DNA of 64,000 nt. Source: Candidatus Omnitrophota bacterium. Its GTDB lineage: Bacteria; Omnitrophota; Gorgyraeia; Zapsychrales; Fredricksoniimonadaceae. Position 1 is the first letter of the stretch; every line of letters starts with the position of its first letter. The position numbers and the translations under genes were made by a program. The stretch is taken from contig CAIOPG010000007.1 of NCBI GenBank assembly GCA_903860135.1, positions 130,100 through 194,099 on the forward strand, given 5' to 3'. The notes under the pieces were generated by a model. It was not told where the DNA came from and made no database searches. It worked only from the letters and a program-made list of their open reading frames with translations. Positions 21,001-32,145 of the stretch are shown here, in pieces.

Positions 21001-22165
21001 GCGTGAATACGAGCGTTACCAGCTGCCGCAGGGGTCATCGATCAGCATTGCTGACGGGCAGGAAGTGGATAAAGGCATTATTTTCGCCAAATGGGATCCG
21101 TATACGATCCCGATCATCACGGAAGTTAAAGGTCAGGTTAATTTCGAGGATCTCATTGAAGACGTGACGGTGCGTGGTGAATTGAACCCGGTGACCGGTA
21201 TTACGGAGCGCGTGGTTGTCGATCACAAACAGGAATTCCACCCGCAGATCATTGTCACGACGGGAGCTGAGGTTGCAGGTATTTATTCCATCCCTGTCGG
21301 CGCGCACATTCTCGTCGGAGACAAGGCAACGATCGGTGCCGGTGAACTTATTGCTAAGATCCCTCGCGGTGTCCAGAAGACGCGCGATATTACCGGAGGT
21401 CTGCCGCGCGTCGCTGAGCTCTTTGAAGCCCGTCGCCCCAAAGATCCAGCCGTTATTTCTGAAATTGACGGGCTTGTCGAATTTGGTGAAGATCGCAAGG
21501 GCAACCGTACAATTATCGTGAAAAGTCCCACTGGCATGGCCAAAGAGTATGCCATACCGCATGGCAAGCATCCTACCGTTTATAAGGGGGACAAGGTTTT
21601 TGCCGGTCAGCAATTAACGGAAGGGCCTATTGTCCCACAGGATATTCTCCGTGTCAGCGGCGACAAAGTTCTTCAGGAGTACCTTTTGAACGAAGTGCAG
21701 GAAGTATATCGTTTACAGGGTGTCCGTATTAATGATAAACACATTGAGCTTATTATTTCTCAGATGCTCAAGAAAGTGCGCATTGACGACGCTGGCGATA
21801 CGCCATTTCTCGTCGGTGAACAGATCGACCGTAGTTCGTTCAAGAAGGCCAATGAAGCTGTGATGAAAAAGAAAGGCAAGCCAGCACAGGCCACGCCGAT
21901 GCTTTTGGGTATCACAAAGGTGTCTTTGTCGACGGAGAGTTTTATTTCTGCGGCAAGTTTCCAAGAAACAACAAGAGTCTTGACAGATGCAGCTTCATCT
22001 GGTAAGATTGACCTTCTTTCCGGGCTGAAAGAAAACGTTATCGTCGGGCATTTGATACCCGCGGGCACAGGTTTTCACACTTATAAAAATGTTGAAATGG
22101 TAAAGTATGCCGACAATACAGCAGTTGATCAGAAAGAGCAGAGTTCAGAAGGCGAAGAAAAGTAA
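18056..22165 (+). CDS. rpoC: DNA-directed RNA polymerase subunit beta'
   Basis: 1369 aa with zinc-finger CNCGKYKG...CDRCG and the catalytic [12 protein letters not shown] motif; ATGA overlap with rpoB. Confidence 0.97.
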   Translation: MKTEINIKNQDRISIKIASPEVIRSWSNGPVRKAETLNYRTLKPEKDGLFCERIFGPVRDWECNCGKYKGIKFKGITCDRCGVLVTRSSVRRERMGHIDLACAVTHIWFYKAVPSRLAALLQIGLRDLEKIIYYEEYVVIDPGTTPLKKKDLLSEDKFQDAISKFGGNFKAKIGADAVRELLRETDLVKLSKDLRKALEKSNPAGTNFKKISKTLKIVEDFKVSGNLAEWMVLDVLPVIPPDLRPLVPLEGGRFATSDLNDLYRRVINRNNRLKKLIDLNAPEIIVRNEKRMLQEAVDALLDNGRHGRPVLGSGNRPLKSLSDMLKGKQGRFRMNLLGKRVDYSGRSVIVVGPELSLHQCGLPKKMALELFEPFIIRKLRERGFVHTIKGAKRMVERANVEVWDILDEVIKDHPIMLNRAPTLHRLSIQAFQPVLIEGKAITLHPLVCTAFNADFDGDQMAVHIPLSLEAQTECRLQLLSVNNLFSPADGRPIVSPTQDIVLGLYYLTKERAGSKGEDKLFANRREVLVAYNDGLLEVHSRVRVRINILVWGDDNTSTVISTHAGTEKAVKIETANTVRVIETTVGRVIFNEQIHPAMGFVNVLLDKKKLGAVIADCYKKLGHYETVKLLDRVKGLGFRSATDAGISISMSDLTVPKEKEITLNSAKQEVAKVEDQYHKGVITGRERYNKIIDVWTHTTETISDMVFKKMDAFNPVFIMADSGARGSKLQIRQLSGMRGLMAKPSGEIIENPITASFREGLTVLEYFISTHGARKGLADTALKTADAGYLTRRLVDVAQEIVVSVDDCATINGIAVSAIIEGDEVVVPLKERIIGRVALDSIVDIVTDQRVVLAGEIISEEKASLIEQLGIEKVRIRSALTCEADIGVCAKCYGRNLATHRLVELGEAVGIIAAQSIGEPGTQLTMRTFHIGGTASRTVEQSFYRSKNKGELKYHQLRVVQKGNEYIVLNRNGSVSINNEYGREYERYQLPQGSSISIADGQEVDKGIIFAKWDPYTIPIITEVKGQVNFEDLIEDVTVRGELNPVTGITERVVVDHKQEFHPQIIVTTGAEVAGIYSIPVGAHILVGDKATIGAGELIAKIPRGVQKTRDITGGLPRVAELFEARRPKDPAVISEIDGLVEFGEDRKGNRTIIVKSPTGMAKEYAIPHGKHPTVYKGDKVFAGQQLTEGPIVPQDILRVSGDKVLQEYLLNEVQEVYRLQGVRINDKHIELIISQMLKKVRIDDAGDTPFLVGEQIDRSSFKKANEAVMKKKGKPAQATPMLLGITKVSLSTESFISAASFQETTRVLTDAASSGKIDLLSGLKENVIVGHLIPAGTGFHTYKNVEMVKYADNTAVDQKEQSSEGEEK

Positions 22166-22481
22166 GTCGCCCGCACTCGATGCTTGCCCGCAGAAACGCG
22201 GTGTTTGTTTACAGGTAAAGACGATGACTCCCAAGAAGCCCAATTCGGCGCTCCGGAAGATTGCACGTGTACGTCTTTCCAACAAAGTTGAAGTAACATC
22301 GTATATTCCCGGTGAAGGACATAATCTGCAGGAGCATTCGATTGTTCTTGTTCGCGGTGGCCGCGTAAAAGATCTTCCTGGCGTCCGCTATCATATGGTT
22401 CGCGGAACACTGGATACGGCGGGTGTAGCCAAGAGAAAGCAATCCCGTTCCAAGTACGGTACAAAGAGAGAGAAGTCATAA
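22107..22481 (+). CDS. rpsL: 30S ribosomal protein S12
   Basis: [10 protein letters not shown]...[10 protein letters not shown]...[13 protein letters not shown] is full-length S12. The ATG lies 59 nt inside the 3' end of rpoC. Confidence 0.93.
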   Translation: MPTIQQLIRKSRVQKAKKSKSPALDACPQKRGVCLQVKTMTPKKPNSALRKIARVRLSNKVEVTSYIPGEGHNLQEHSIVLVRGGRVKDLPGVRYHMVRGTLDTAGVAKRKQSRSKYGTKREKS

Positions 22482-22483
22482 TC

Positions 22484-22954
22484 ATGAGAAGACGTCGTGC
22501 TGAAAAAAGAGAGGTAATGCTTGACCCCAAGTACAGCAGTGAGCTTGTTTCTCGGTTCATGAATGTAATCATGGAATCTGGAAAGAAGACTGTTGCGGAA
22601 GGCATTGTTTACGGAGCACTGGATATGTTGGCTCAGAAAGTAACAGAAGAGCCTGTACTTAAGGCGTTCAGCAAGGCTGTTGATAATGTTCGCCCGCGCG
22701 TAGAACTTAAAGCGCGTCGTGTTGGCGGTGCTACATATCAAGTTCCGATAGATGTCGCTCCATTGCGCGGCACGTCGCTTGCCTTACGCTGGATTCGTGA
22801 TTTTGCCCGTAAGAAAAAGGGTAAACCGATGGTTCAAAAACTTGCCGATGAACTTATTGCAGCCTATAAGCTTGAAGGTGCCGCAATTAAAAAGCGTGAT
22901 GAGACACACAAGATGGCAGAAGCGAATAAAGCATTTAGCCATTTCAGATGGTAA
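22484..22954 (+). CDS. rpsG: 30S ribosomal protein S7
   Basis: MRRRRAEKREV...GKKTVAEGIVYGAL matches the S7 N-terminus. Confidence 0.95.
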   Translation: MRRRRAEKREVMLDPKYSSELVSRFMNVIMESGKKTVAEGIVYGALDMLAQKVTEEPVLKAFSKAVDNVRPRVELKARRVGGATYQVPIDVAPLRGTSLALRWIRDFARKKKGKPMVQKLADELIAAYKLEGAAIKKRDETHKMAEANKAFSHFRW

Positions 22955-22977
22955 AAAAATAACAGGTAATAGATAAA

Positions 22978-25086
22978 ATGGCAGTTAGTGAAAACGTTCC
23001 TTTAGATAAAGTTAGAAATATTGGTATTATCGCGCATATTGATGCAGGTAAAACCACGACAACAGAACGCATTCTTTATTATACCGGAATGATCCATAAG
23101 CTGGGCTCGGTTGACGAGGGTAATACCCAGATGGATTATATGGAACAGGAAAAAGAGCGTGGGATTACGATTGTTGCGGCCAATACGACTACCTATTGGA
23201 AAAATCATAAACTAAATATAATCGATACTCCAGGGCACGTTGACTTTACGATCGAAGTTGAACGTTCACTTAAGGTTCTTGATGGTGCGGTTGTAGTCCT
23301 TTGTGCTACTAGTGGCGTTCAGTCACAAACTGAAACAGTTTGGCGTCAAGCCGATCGTTATCATGTTCCTCGCATTGCTTTCATTAATAAAGTAGATAGA
23401 CTTGGTGCTGATTTTGACCGGGTTCTTGGACAAATTTATGAGCGCTTAGGGGCCAATGCGGCTGCTATCAATTTTCCTGATGCGCATGAAGATCAGTTTA
23501 AGGGGCTTATTGATGTTGTGGCAATGAAGCATGTTACATATGAAGATGCTGATGGTCTAAAAATGGTCGTGTCAGATATTCCCGAACACTTGAAAACAAA
23601 AGCGGCAGCTTATCGGCATACACTTATTGAAAAAGTGGGCGAAGCTGATGATGCGATCATGGAAAAGTATTTGAATGAAGAAGAAGTCTCAACTGAAGAG
23701 TTGATGGCAGGTATTCGCCGCAGCGTATTGAAAGCGAAGTTTCTTCCTGTTCTTGCGGGTACGGCTTTACGTAATCGTGGCGTTCAACTTGTTTTGGATG
23801 CGGCCATCAATTATTTACCGTCGCCTCTTGATGTGCCCCCGGTGAAGGTTTTTAATCCGAATAATGTTGAAAATATTACATATCGTAAACCCGACAATAG
23901 CGAACCGCTCACAGCGCTTGTTTTTAAAGTTGCGTCAGATCCTTATGTTGGTAAGATTTTTTATACCCGTATTTATTCAGGCGTTCTTACGTCTGGGGAA
24001 ACAGTATTAAACTCATCGGTCGATAAGAGAGAACGCATTTCCAAGTTACTGCTTATGCACGCCAATAAGCAGGAAATTATCCCTAAAGCTGGTGCCGGCG
24101 AAATTATTGCCGTAGTTGGATTAAAAGAAACAAAGAATGGTCATACCCTTTGTCATGATACTAATCCTGCTGTTTTAGAAGGCATGAGAATACCCGAACC
24201 TGTCGTTTCTATGGCGCTTGAACCAAAAACTAAAGCTGACCAAGACAAGTTGGGCATTATTCTTAGGAAATTTCTTGACGAAGATCCTTCATTGCGTGTG
24301 GAGTATGACCATGAAACATCTCAAACAATTATTTCAGGTATGGGCGAATTGCATTTGGAAATTATTATTGATCGCATGAAACGTGAGCACGGACTTGAAG
24401 CAAACATCGGTCGTCCTCAAGTTGCTTATAAAGAGGCCATTACACGCAAGGTTGAAGATGTCGTTGGAAAGTTTATTTCACAATCTGGCGGTCGAGGCCA
24501 ATATGGTCACGTTGTGATTGATGTTGCTCCTGCCGAGCGCGGTAAAGGTGTTACATTTATTGACAAGGTCGTCGGTGGGGTTATCCCGAGGGAATTTATT
24601 AAGTCCATCGAGCATGGCATTATGTCACAGTCAAAGAGCGGTATTCTGGCTGGGTATCCTGTTACGGATATAGTTGTAACACTGCACGATGGTTCTTATC
24701 ATGATGTCGACTCAAGTGATATTGCATTTCAGATGGCAGCTAAGATAGCTTTAAAGGAAGCACTTTTAAAGGGTGGTTCGAGTTTTCAAGAACCGATCAT
24801 GGCTGTCGAAGTTTCATCACCTGAAGAATTTATGGGTTCCGTTATTGGTGATTTGAATACGCGTCGTGCCAAGATCACCGAATTAACAAGTATTGGTAAT
24901 CTTAAAATTGCACGTGCGGATGTACCACTCGCTGAAATGTTCAATTATGCTAATGCACAACGCTCGCTTACGCAGGGACGTGCTAGTTTTTCGATGGAAC
25001 CTTCTTACTACGCCCAGGTTCCTAATAATGTTGCAGAGAAGATCATCGGGGCGCGTCAGGATTATTTAAGTAGCAGAAAAAAGTAA
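22978..25086 (+). CDS. fusA: elongation factor G
   Basis: G-domain AHIDAGKTT and DTPGHVDF motifs, 702 aa. Confidence 0.97.
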   Translation: MAVSENVPLDKVRNIGIIAHIDAGKTTTTERILYYTGMIHKLGSVDEGNTQMDYMEQEKERGITIVAANTTTYWKNHKLNIIDTPGHVDFTIEVERSLKVLDGAVVVLCATSGVQSQTETVWRQADRYHVPRIAFINKVDRLGADFDRVLGQIYERLGANAAAINFPDAHEDQFKGLIDVVAMKHVTYEDADGLKMVVSDIPEHLKTKAAAYRHTLIEKVGEADDAIMEKYLNEEEVSTEELMAGIRRSVLKAKFLPVLAGTALRNRGVQLVLDAAINYLPSPLDVPPVKVFNPNNVENITYRKPDNSEPLTALVFKVASDPYVGKIFYTRIYSGVLTSGETVLNSSVDKRERISKLLLMHANKQEIIPKAGAGEIIAVVGLKETKNGHTLCHDTNPAVLEGMRIPEPVVSMALEPKTKADQDKLGIILRKFLDEDPSLRVEYDHETSQTIISGMGELHLEIIIDRMKREHGLEANIGRPQVAYKEAITRKVEDVVGKFISQSGGRGQYGHVVIDVAPAERGKGVTFIDKVVGGVIPREFIKSIEHGIMSQSKSGILAGYPVTDIVVTLHDGSYHDVDSSDIAFQMAAKIALKEALLKGGSSFQEPIMAVEVSSPEEFMGSVIGDLNTRRAKITELTSIGNLKIARADVPLAEMFNYANAQRSLTQGRASFSMEPSYYAQVPNNVAEKIIGARQDYLSSRKK

Positions 25087-25119
25087 TATAGTTGTTACTC
25101 GAAAAGGGAGGATTACATC

Positions 25120-26313
25120 ATGGCTAAAGAAAAATTCGAAAGAAATAAACCGCATTTGAACATTGGTACGATTGGTCACGTTGACCATGGTAAGACGACT
25201 CTTTCGTCTGCTATCACATGTGTTCTTGCTGAAAAGGGATTAGCTAAAGCACGTGCGTATGATTCGATTGATAATGCACCTGAAGAAAAAGAGCGTGGTG
25301 TTACAATTAATATCGCTCATTTAGAGTACCAGACTGAGAATCGTCATTATGCCCATATCGATTGCCCAGGACACGCGGATTATATCAAAAATATGATCAC
25401 GGGTGCTGCGCAGATGGATGGTGCTATTCTTGTTGTCTCTGCGACGGACGGTGCGATGCCTCAGACACGTGAGCACATTTTGTTGGCGCGTCAGGTGAAT
25501 GTACCGCGCATTGTTGTTTTCCTTAATAAGTGCGATACCGCTGATCCGGAGCTTCTTGATCTTGTTGAAATGGAAATTCGTGATCTTCTTACAAAGTACA
25601 AGTTTGATGGTGATAATGCGCCAGTCATTCGTGGATCAGCACTTGAAGCGTTGAATAATCCGAAAGATTTTGCTGGAAAGTCTAAGTGTATCCTCGATTT
25701 AATGGCAGCTGTTGATGCCTGGATACCGATGCCTGTGCGTGAACTTGACAAACCGTTTTTGATGGCTGTCGAAGATATCTTTTCGATCTCTGGTCGTGGT
25801 ACGGTCGCTACTGGTCGTATTGAGCGCGGCATTGTTAAGGTTGGACAGGATGCCGATATCGTAGGTCTTCGCCCTGAAATTGGCAAGACAACGGTTACAG
25901 GTGTTGAAATGTTCCGTAAAGAACTTGATCAGGGACAAGCTGGTGACAACGTTGGACTTTTACTTCGTGGTGTCGATAAAGAGACCATTGAACGCGGTAT
26001 GGTTTTAGCGTTTCCGGGATCTATTAAACCACACAAGAAGTTTAAGTGTTCTGTTTATATCTTGACCAAGGAAGAAGGCGGTCGGCACACACCTTTTTTC
26101 AAAGGATATCGACCACAGTTTTATTTCCGCACGACGGACGTAACAGGGACTGCTGAACTTCCTGCTGGTGTTGAAATGTGCATGCCTGGCGATAATGTTG
26201 TTTTGACTGTTGAGCTTATTGTTCCTGTGGCTTGCGAAAAAGAATTGCGTTTTGCGATCCGTGAAGGTGGCAAGACGGTAGGTGCTGGCGTAGTATCTGA
26301 AATTATTGAATAA
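25120..26313 (+). CDS. tuf: elongation factor Tu
   Basis: [18 protein letters not shown] and NKCD motifs, 397 aa. Confidence 0.98.
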   Translation: MAKEKFERNKPHLNIGTIGHVDHGKTTLSSAITCVLAEKGLAKARAYDSIDNAPEEKERGVTINIAHLEYQTENRHYAHIDCPGHADYIKNMITGAAQMDGAILVVSATDGAMPQTREHILLARQVNVPRIVVFLNKCDTADPELLDLVEMEIRDLLTKYKFDGDNAPVIRGSALEALNNPKDFAGKSKCILDLMAAVDAWIPMPVRELDKPFLMAVEDIFSISGRGTVATGRIERGIVKVGQDADIVGLRPEIGKTTVTGVEMFRKELDQGQAGDNVGLLLRGVDKETIERGMVLAFPGSIKPHKKFKCSVYILTKEEGGRHTPFFKGYRPQFYFRTTDVTGTAELPAGVEMCMPGDNVVLTVELIVPVACEKELRFAIREGGKTVGAGVVSEIIE

Positions 26314-26409
26314 GGCATCACGACCCCGTCGTGGAGCGCCTGCTCGATAGCAGGCAGGAAATCCCGGACCTATGATTGCGGGATAACAAAACGAAGGTAG
26401 TAACGTCAC

Positions 26410-26712
26410 ATGCAGAAGATACGTATCAAACTAAAAGCGTATGATCACCGACTAATAGATCAGTCAACCCAGGAGATTGTGGATACAGCGATACGGACTG
26501 GTGCGAAGGTTCATGGTCCAGTGCCACTGCCCACAAAGAAGGAATTGTATACAGTTCTTCGTTCTCCGGTTATTGATAAAAAGTCTCGTGAACAGTTCGG
26601 TCTTGCGACACATAAGCGGCTCATTGATCTTGTTGAGCCGACATCAAAGACCGTTGAGGCCTTAAGGAAATTGAACCTTCCCGCTGGCGTGGATGTTGAA
26701 ATCAAACAATAA
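26410..26712 (+). CDS. rpsJ: 30S ribosomal protein S10
   Basis: [19 protein letters not shown] matches the S10 N-terminus. Confidence 0.95.
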   Translation: MQKIRIKLKAYDHRLIDQSTQEIVDTAIRTGAKVHGPVPLPTKKELYTVLRSPVIDKKSREQFGLATHKRLIDLVEPTSKTVEALRKLNLPAGVDVEIKQ

Positions 26713-26727
26713 AAGTTGGTAGTAAGT

Positions 26728-27441
26728 ATGATCAGTGGATTGTTGGGTAAAAAAATAGGCATGACACAGATTTTTGATAAAGAGGGTAATGTTATTCCTG
26801 TAACAGCTCTCGAAGTAGGACCTTGTTTTGTTCTCGGTCTTAAAGATAAACCAGCTAAAATAGTCTTGGGTTTTGATGAGATCAAAGAATCCAAGTGCAC
26901 TAAACCACGCTTAGGTTTTTTTAAAAAGTGTCTTTCTCCGGCACTGCGTACTGTTAAAGAATTCAAGTCAACTGATAATTCAATTTATCAAGTAGGACAA
27001 CAGTTAAAAGCTGATCTTTTTCAGGCTGGAGATTATGTAAGTGTGGTCGGAACTTCTATTGGTAAAGGGTTTCAGGGCGGTATTAAGCGCTGGAACTGGC
27101 ACGGAGGCGACGCGGGGCATGGTTCTATGCACCACAGACGAATTGGCTCTAATGGTGCTAATACATATCCAGGACGAGTTTTGCTGGGTAAGAATATGCC
27201 CGGACATATGGGCGATGACAAAGTAACAGTACAAAACCTTCGTGTTATGCAAGTTAATCTTGATGAAAATATGATACTTGTAAAAGGTGCTGTCCCCGGA
27301 TGTAAAAATGGTCTTTTGGTCATTGAAAAATCTTTCAAGAAACAGTTTAAATCATTTGATGAAGTAAAAGAAGTTGTTGTACACAAAAAGAACCCAATGA
27401 AGCAAGCCAAAGCAGCGGCAAAGGGTAAGTCGAAGAAATAA
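26728..27441 (+). CDS. rplC: 50S ribosomal protein L3
   Basis: MISGLLGKKIGMTQIF matches the L3 N-terminus. The track starts at TTG 26716; ATG 26728 is preferred. Confidence 0.93.
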   Translation: MISGLLGKKIGMTQIFDKEGNVIPVTALEVGPCFVLGLKDKPAKIVLGFDEIKESKCTKPRLGFFKKCLSPALRTVKEFKSTDNSIYQVGQQLKADLFQAGDYVSVVGTSIGKGFQGGIKRWNWHGGDAGHGSMHHRRIGSNGANTYPGRVLLGKNMPGHMGDDKVTVQNLRVMQVNLDENMILVKGAVPGCKNGLLVIEKSFKKQFKSFDEVKEVVVHKKNPMKQAKAAAKGKSKK

Positions 27442-27508
27442 TTTTAAGTTTTTAGAAAAGCACGAAGGCTTAATTTAAAGCTTTCAACAGGATAAGGTAA
27501 AGGAAGTA

Positions 27509-28132
27509 ATGCCTAAGCTCACAGTTTATAATATTGCAGGCAAAGAGACCGGATCAATTGACTTGCCGGAAATGTTCAGTACAGATGTTAACGATGCGGT
27601 TATTCATCAAGCCGTCGTTATGTATCAGGCAAATAAGCGTCAGGGAAATGCTGATACTAAAATTCGTTCTGAAATTTCTGGTGGTAATAAAAAGCCATTT
27701 CGTCAGAAGGGAACGGGTCGTGCCAGACAAGGTTCATCGCGTTCACCTTTAATGCGGCATGGTGGTGTTGTATTCGGTCCACAACCCCGTGACTATAGTT
27801 ATACATTGCCACAAAAAGTTCGTACTGCTGCGTTAACTGAGGTGTTGAAGGCTAAATTTAAAACTGATTCATTGGTTTGTGTTGACAACATGATCGTTGA
27901 TTCAGGCAAGACAAAAGATTTCGTTGACATTTTGAATATTTTTAAAATTGCTAACGGAAAAGTTGTTGCTTTGTTTGATGATTGCGGTGAGGGAGTTGTG
28001 CGTGCTTCACGTAATTTGGCCCGCGTTAATATATTACGTTCTGCTGATGTCAATGCGCTGGATATTATCAAGAACAACAAAGTCTTGGCAACAAAATCTG
28101 CCATGGAAAAACTTCTGAAGAGATTACAATGA
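27509..28132 (+). CDS. rplD: 50S ribosomal protein L4
   Basis: Homology and conserved order. Confidence 0.93.
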   Translation: MPKLTVYNIAGKETGSIDLPEMFSTDVNDAVIHQAVVMYQANKRQGNADTKIRSEISGGNKKPFRQKGTGRARQGSSRSPLMRHGGVVFGPQPRDYSYTLPQKVRTAALTEVLKAKFKTDSLVCVDNMIVDSGKTKDFVDILNIFKIANGKVVALFDDCGEGVVRASRNLARVNILRSADVNALDIIKNNKVLATKSAMEKLLKRLQ

Positions 28133-28404
28133 TAAGTCATGAGGTTATTAAGAATTTACTTCGCACTGAAAAAATTGCGGCCATTGAAAAAGCAAGGCAA
28201 TATGTTTTTCGGGTTGCAGTAACTTCAACTAAACCCGAGATTAAAAAGGCTGTTGAAGCTATTTATAAAGTCAAGGTTGGGTCTGTTAATGTTATTAACG
28301 TTCCCGGGAAGAGGAAGCGTGTCCGTACGCGTTACGGTTACACTGCTGATTGGAAAAAAGCCGTTGTCACTCTTCACGAGGGCAATAAGATCGAGGTAGC
28401 CTGA
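28129..28404 (+). CDS. rplW: 50S ribosomal protein L23
   Basis: ATGA overlap with rplD; 91 aa. Confidence 0.9.
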   Translation: MISHEVIKNLLRTEKIAAIEKARQYVFRVAVTSTKPEIKKAVEAIYKVKVGSVNVINVPGKRKRVRTRYGYTADWKKAVVTLHEGNKIEVA

Positions 28405-28406
28405 AC

Positions 28407-29246
28407 ATGGGTATCAAGCGTTTTAAACCCACAACACCTGGTGTTCGCCACGCAGCTCTTTGTGATTTTAGCGAGTTGACAAAGTTTACTCCAGAAAAGT
28501 CACTTTTAGCACCGTTGAAGAAGTCTGGCGGCAGGAATAACTATGGTCGTATAACATCACGTCATCGTGGCGGCGGTCATAAAAGGATGTATAGACTAGT
28601 TGATTTTAAAAGAAGTCGTTATGATGATCCGGCCATTGTGCTCGGGATTGAGTATGATCCCAATAGAACGACACGCATTGCGTTAATACAATACAAGAGC
28701 GATAATTCGAAAAGCTATATATTAGCTCCTTTGGATCTTAAAGTTGGCGAAGTCATTGTAAGTTCTAATGGTGACAACGTTGAAATCAAAGCTGGTAATG
28801 CCATACCGTTGTCTAAGATACCACTAGGTACCGCTGTTCACAATATTGAGCTTTATGCTGGTCGTGGTGGTAAAATTGCACGCTCTGCTGGTTCTTCAGC
28901 ACAGCTCATTGCTAAAGAGGGTGGGATCGCCCATTTAAGAATGCCCTCAAGTGAAATGCGTAAGGTCATGAGCAATTGCCGTGCGACGATTGGTCAATTA
29001 TCCAACGTTGAGCATGAAACACAGTCTATCGGTAAGGCAGGTCGCAATCGGTGGAAAGGTATTCGCGGTCAATCTCGCGGTGTGGTTATGAATCCCGTGG
29101 ATCATCCGCACGGTGGTGGTGAAGGTAAAACGCCCCAAGGTAATCCTCACCCTGTAACACCTTGGGGTAAACCGACAAAGGGTTATAAAACGCGTACACC
29201 TGGTAAATATTCAGACCAGTTCATTGTTAAGAGAAGGACGAAGTAA
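28407..29246 (+). CDS. rplB: 50S ribosomal protein L2
   Basis: [19 protein letters not shown] and HPHGGGEGK motifs. Confidence 0.97.
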   Translation: MGIKRFKPTTPGVRHAALCDFSELTKFTPEKSLLAPLKKSGGRNNYGRITSRHRGGGHKRMYRLVDFKRSRYDDPAIVLGIEYDPNRTTRIALIQYKSDNSKSYILAPLDLKVGEVIVSSNGDNVEIKAGNAIPLSKIPLGTAVHNIELYAGRGGKIARSAGSSAQLIAKEGGIAHLRMPSSEMRKVMSNCRATIGQLSNVEHETQSIGKAGRNRWKGIRGQSRGVVMNPVDHPHGGGEGKTPQGNPHPVTPWGKPTKGYKTRTPGKYSDQFIVKRRTK

Positions 29247-29247
29247 T

Positions 29248-29535
29248 ATGACACGTTCAATTTCTAAAGGACCGTATCTTGAAGAATCTTTGAAGAGAAA
29301 GTTTGACAAGATGATTGCTTCAGGGGTCAAGCAGCCGATTAAAACATGGTCGCGGCGCTCTACAATTCTCCCTGATTTTGTAAGCTATACTTTTGCTGTT
29401 CATAATGGACGTAAACATATTCCTGTTTTCGTAACAGAAAACATGGTAGGGTTCAAGCTCGGGGAATTTGCTCCGACAAGGACATTCAAGGCGCATGGCG
29501 GCATTAAGGCTAAAAAAGCCGCTGTTAAGAAATAA
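29248..29535 (+). CDS. rpsS: 30S ribosomal protein S19
   Basis: [10 protein letters not shown] matches the S19 N-terminus; ATG 29248 lies just after the rplB stop. The track start at 29224 overlaps rplB. Confidence 0.93.
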   Translation: MTRSISKGPYLEESLKRKFDKMIASGVKQPIKTWSRRSTILPDFVSYTFAVHNGRKHIPVFVTENMVGFKLGEFAPTRTFKAHGGIKAKKAAVKK

Positions 29536-29549
29536 TTAAAGGTAAAAAA

Positions 29550-29885
29550 ATGATTGCCAGAGCCCAAGGTCGTTATCTAAGAGTATCGCCAACAAAGGTC
29601 AGACAAATTCTTGATCTGATCCGTGGTAAAAGTGTTCCTGTAGCGCAAACAATTTTGGCGCATTTGAACAAGCCGACAAAAGAAAAGATTGTCAAGGTTT
29701 TTGATTCTGCGGTAGCGAATGCCAAGCAAAAAGGTGTTTCAGAAGATCAGCTAGTGGTGTCAAGAATTACGGCCGATCAAGGGCCTGTCTGGAAGCGTTT
29801 TCACGCAGCCACGTTTGGTCGCGCGACGGAAATCCTCAAGAAGACCACGCATTTAACCGTGGAACTTGATCTCAAGGTCAGATAA
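29550..29885 (+). CDS. rplV: 50S ribosomal protein L22
   Basis: Homology and conserved order. Confidence 0.93.
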   Translation: MIARAQGRYLRVSPTKVRQILDLIRGKSVPVAQTILAHLNKPTKEKIVKVFDSAVANAKQKGVSEDQLVVSRITADQGPVWKRFHAATFGRATEILKKTTHLTVELDLKVR

Positions 29886-29900
29886 ATAGGGGTATTGAAA

Positions 29901-30551
29901 GTGGGCCAAAAAGTCAGTCCTGTCGTTTTAAGAATCGGTATTAATAAGAATTGGCGGAGTGTGTGGTTTGCAGATCCTAAAGATTTTGCACGCAATATTG
30001 AGGAAGATTTTAAAATTCGTCAATACATCCGCAAGAAGTTTGTTCAAGGTGCAGTGGCACTCGTTGAGATTGAACGTCTGGCTAACCAGATTAAGATCCG
30101 TATTTCTACAGCAAGGCCAGGTGTGATCATCGGACGACGCGGTGCGGATATTGACCGTCTTCGGCAGGATCTTTCTAAAATCACAACAAAAGAAATCACT
30201 GTCGATATTAAGGAAATCAAGAATCCTGCTATTGATGCTCAGTTAGTAGCGCAAGGTGTTGCTTTCCAGATGGAAAAACGTGTAGGTTTTAGGCGTGCCA
30301 TGAAGCGCGCGGTTGAGCAAACTATTCAAGCTGGCGGCAAAGGTGTTAAAATTATTGTTTCCGGACGACTTGACGGTGCCGAAATTGCCCGTCGCGAAAA
30401 GTATCATATCGGCAAGATTCCTTTACAAACGTTCCGCGCTGATATAGATTATGGCTTTTGCGAAGCGGTAACAACGTTTGGTTGTATTGGAGTGAAAGTT
30501 TGGATTTATAAAGGTGATACGATCAAGGATGCTCGCAAAGTCGAAGCTTAA
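29901..30551 (+). CDS. rpsC: 30S ribosomal protein S3
   Basis: [18 protein letters not shown]...KH domain. A GTG start at 29901 fits the S3 N-terminus; the track starts at TTG 29895. Confidence 0.92.
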   Translation: MGQKVSPVVLRIGINKNWRSVWFADPKDFARNIEEDFKIRQYIRKKFVQGAVALVEIERLANQIKIRISTARPGVIIGRRGADIDRLRQDLSKITTKEITVDIKEIKNPAIDAQLVAQGVAFQMEKRVGFRRAMKRAVEQTIQAGGKGVKIIVSGRLDGAEIARREKYHIGKIPLQTFRADIDYGFCEAVTTFGCIGVKVWIYKGDTIKDARKVEA

Positions 30552-30562
30552 GGAGTCAGATC

Positions 30563-30982
30563 ATGGCATTAATGCCTAAAAGAGTAAAGTATCGTAAAGC
30601 ACAGAAAGGCAAATGCCGCGGGATTGCCTGTACAGGTTCAAAGTTATCTTTTGGTGAGTATGGTTTAAAGGCTCTTGACAACGGGCTTATCCGTTCTAAT
30701 CATATTGAAGCATGTCGTGTTGCTATGGTTCGTAAGTTGCGTGGAGCAGGTAAATTATGGATAAACATTTTCCCGCACAAGCCAGTTACAAAGAAACCTG
30801 CCGAAACACGTATGGGTAAGGGGAAAGGTGATCTTGACCATTGGGTCGCTGTAGTAAAACGTGGGCGCGTAATTTTTGAAATCAGCGGTGTTCCTGAAGA
30901 TTTTGCTAAGAGTCTTTTGAGGCTTGTAGCGTTCAAGCTTCCGATCAAGACCAAATTCGTAACCCGTTCGAAAAAGGTCTAA
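30563..30982 (+). CDS. rplP: 50S ribosomal protein L16
   Basis: [17 protein letters not shown] matches the L16 N-terminus. Confidence 0.95.
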   Translation: MALMPKRVKYRKAQKGKCRGIACTGSKLSFGEYGLKALDNGLIRSNHIEACRVAMVRKLRGAGKLWINIFPHKPVTKKPAETRMGKGKGDLDHWVAVVKRGRVIFEISGVPEDFAKSLLRLVAFKLPIKTKFVTRSKKV

Positions 30983-30991
30983 TAAAAATCT

Positions 30992-31204
30992 ATGAAAGTC
31001 AAAGAACTAAGAGATCAGGGTTTACTAGAACTTAATCAAAGAGTAGATAATCTTAAAAAAGAGATTTTTACTTTGAGGCAAGAAAAAACAGTTTCTGGGA
31101 AGTCAGAAAAACCTTCACGTTTTAAAGTGGCCAAGAAAGAGATTGCTCGTATTCAGACGATCCTTAACGAAAGAAAGAATCAAGATGGAAAAAAGAATAA
31201 ATAA
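30992..31204 (+). CDS. rpmC: 50S ribosomal protein L29
   Basis: MKVKELRDQGLLELNQRVDNLKKEIFTLR, 70 aa. Confidence 0.9.
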   Translation: MKVKELRDQGLLELNQRVDNLKKEIFTLRQEKTVSGKSEKPSRFKVAKKEIARIQTILNERKNQDGKKNK

Positions 31205-31466
31205 ACGTAAGACAATGACCGGCAAGGTTGTCAGTGACAAGATGATGAAAACACGTGTTGTTGAAATCGGCACGACTGTGCGTCATGCAAAGTATGGTAA
31301 GTTGATGAACCAGACTTCAAGGTATAAGTCTCACGATGAAAAGAATGAGACAAACACCGGTGATGTTGTTGAGATCATGTCATCACGTCCCATATCCAAG
31401 GATAAGCGCTGGGTTATTACACGCGTTGTTTCCAAGAGTAAGGATAAAGAAGGGATTTTGATATGA
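31185..31466 (+). CDS. rpsQ: 30S ribosomal protein S17
   Basis: MEKRINKRKTMTGKVVSDKMMKTRVV matches the S17 N-terminus; ATG 31185 overlaps the rpmC end by 20 nt. Confidence 0.9.
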   Translation: MEKRINKRKTMTGKVVSDKMMKTRVVEIGTTVRHAKYGKLMNQTSRYKSHDEKNETNTGDVVEIMSSRPISKDKRWVITRVVSKSKDKEGILI

Positions 31467-31831
31467 TTCAGATGAAAACCCTTTTACAAGTTGCGGATAA
31501 TACCGGTGCGCGCATTGCGTCAGTTATCGGTGTATTAAACGCAAAAGGTAAGCTTTCCGCTAGAATTGGCGACATCGTCCGCGTTAATATAAAAGAATCA
31601 ACACCTGACGCGTCAGTGAAAAAAGGTCAAAAAGCAAAGGGTGTTATCGTTCGTACGAAAATGCCAATTCGACGTACTGATGGAACCTATGTTCGTTTTG
31701 ATAGTAATGCTGTTGTTTTAATCGATGATGGTGGTAATCCCAAAGGCACACGTGTTTTTGGTCCTGTGGCACGCGAATTACGGAACATGGAATACATGAA
31801 GATCATTTCTTTAGCCCCCGAGGTAGTCTAA
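31463..31831 (+). CDS. rplN: 50S ribosomal protein L14
   Basis: MIQMKTLLQVADNTGAR matches the L14 N-terminus. Confidence 0.95.
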   Translation: MIQMKTLLQVADNTGARIASVIGVLNAKGKLSARIGDIVRVNIKESTPDASVKKGQKAKGVIVRTKMPIRRTDGTYVRFDSNAVVLIDDGGNPKGTRVFGPVARELRNMEYMKIISLAPEVV

Positions 31832-32142
31832 TGTTGCGCATTAAACGTGATGACAAGGTTATCGTTATTGCTGGTAAAGATAAAGGTAAGGCTGGTAAGG
31901 TCATTAAGGTTTTAACAGGCAAGAACCAAGTTGTGGTTGAAAATGTAAATCTTGCGAAAAAAGCTGTTAAAAAAAGTGATCAGTACCCCAGTGGTGGTTT
32001 CATCGATCTTGAGCGTCCAGTAAATATTTCAAATGTAATGCTCTGTGATGCTAAAACCAACAAACCTGCTCGTTTTGGATCTAATGTGTTAAAAGATGGG
32101 TCAAAAGTTCGCATCTGTAAAAAGAGCGGCGAAACAATCTAA
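31831..32142 (+). CDS. rplX: 50S ribosomal protein L24
   Basis: KOW motif (KRDDKVIVIAGKDKGK). Confidence 0.93.
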   Translation: MLRIKRDDKVIVIAGKDKGKAGKVIKVLTGKNQVVVENVNLAKKAVKKSDQYPSGGFIDLERPVNISNVMLCDAKTNKPARFGSNVLKDGSKVRICKKSGETI

Positions 32143-32145
32143 GAG

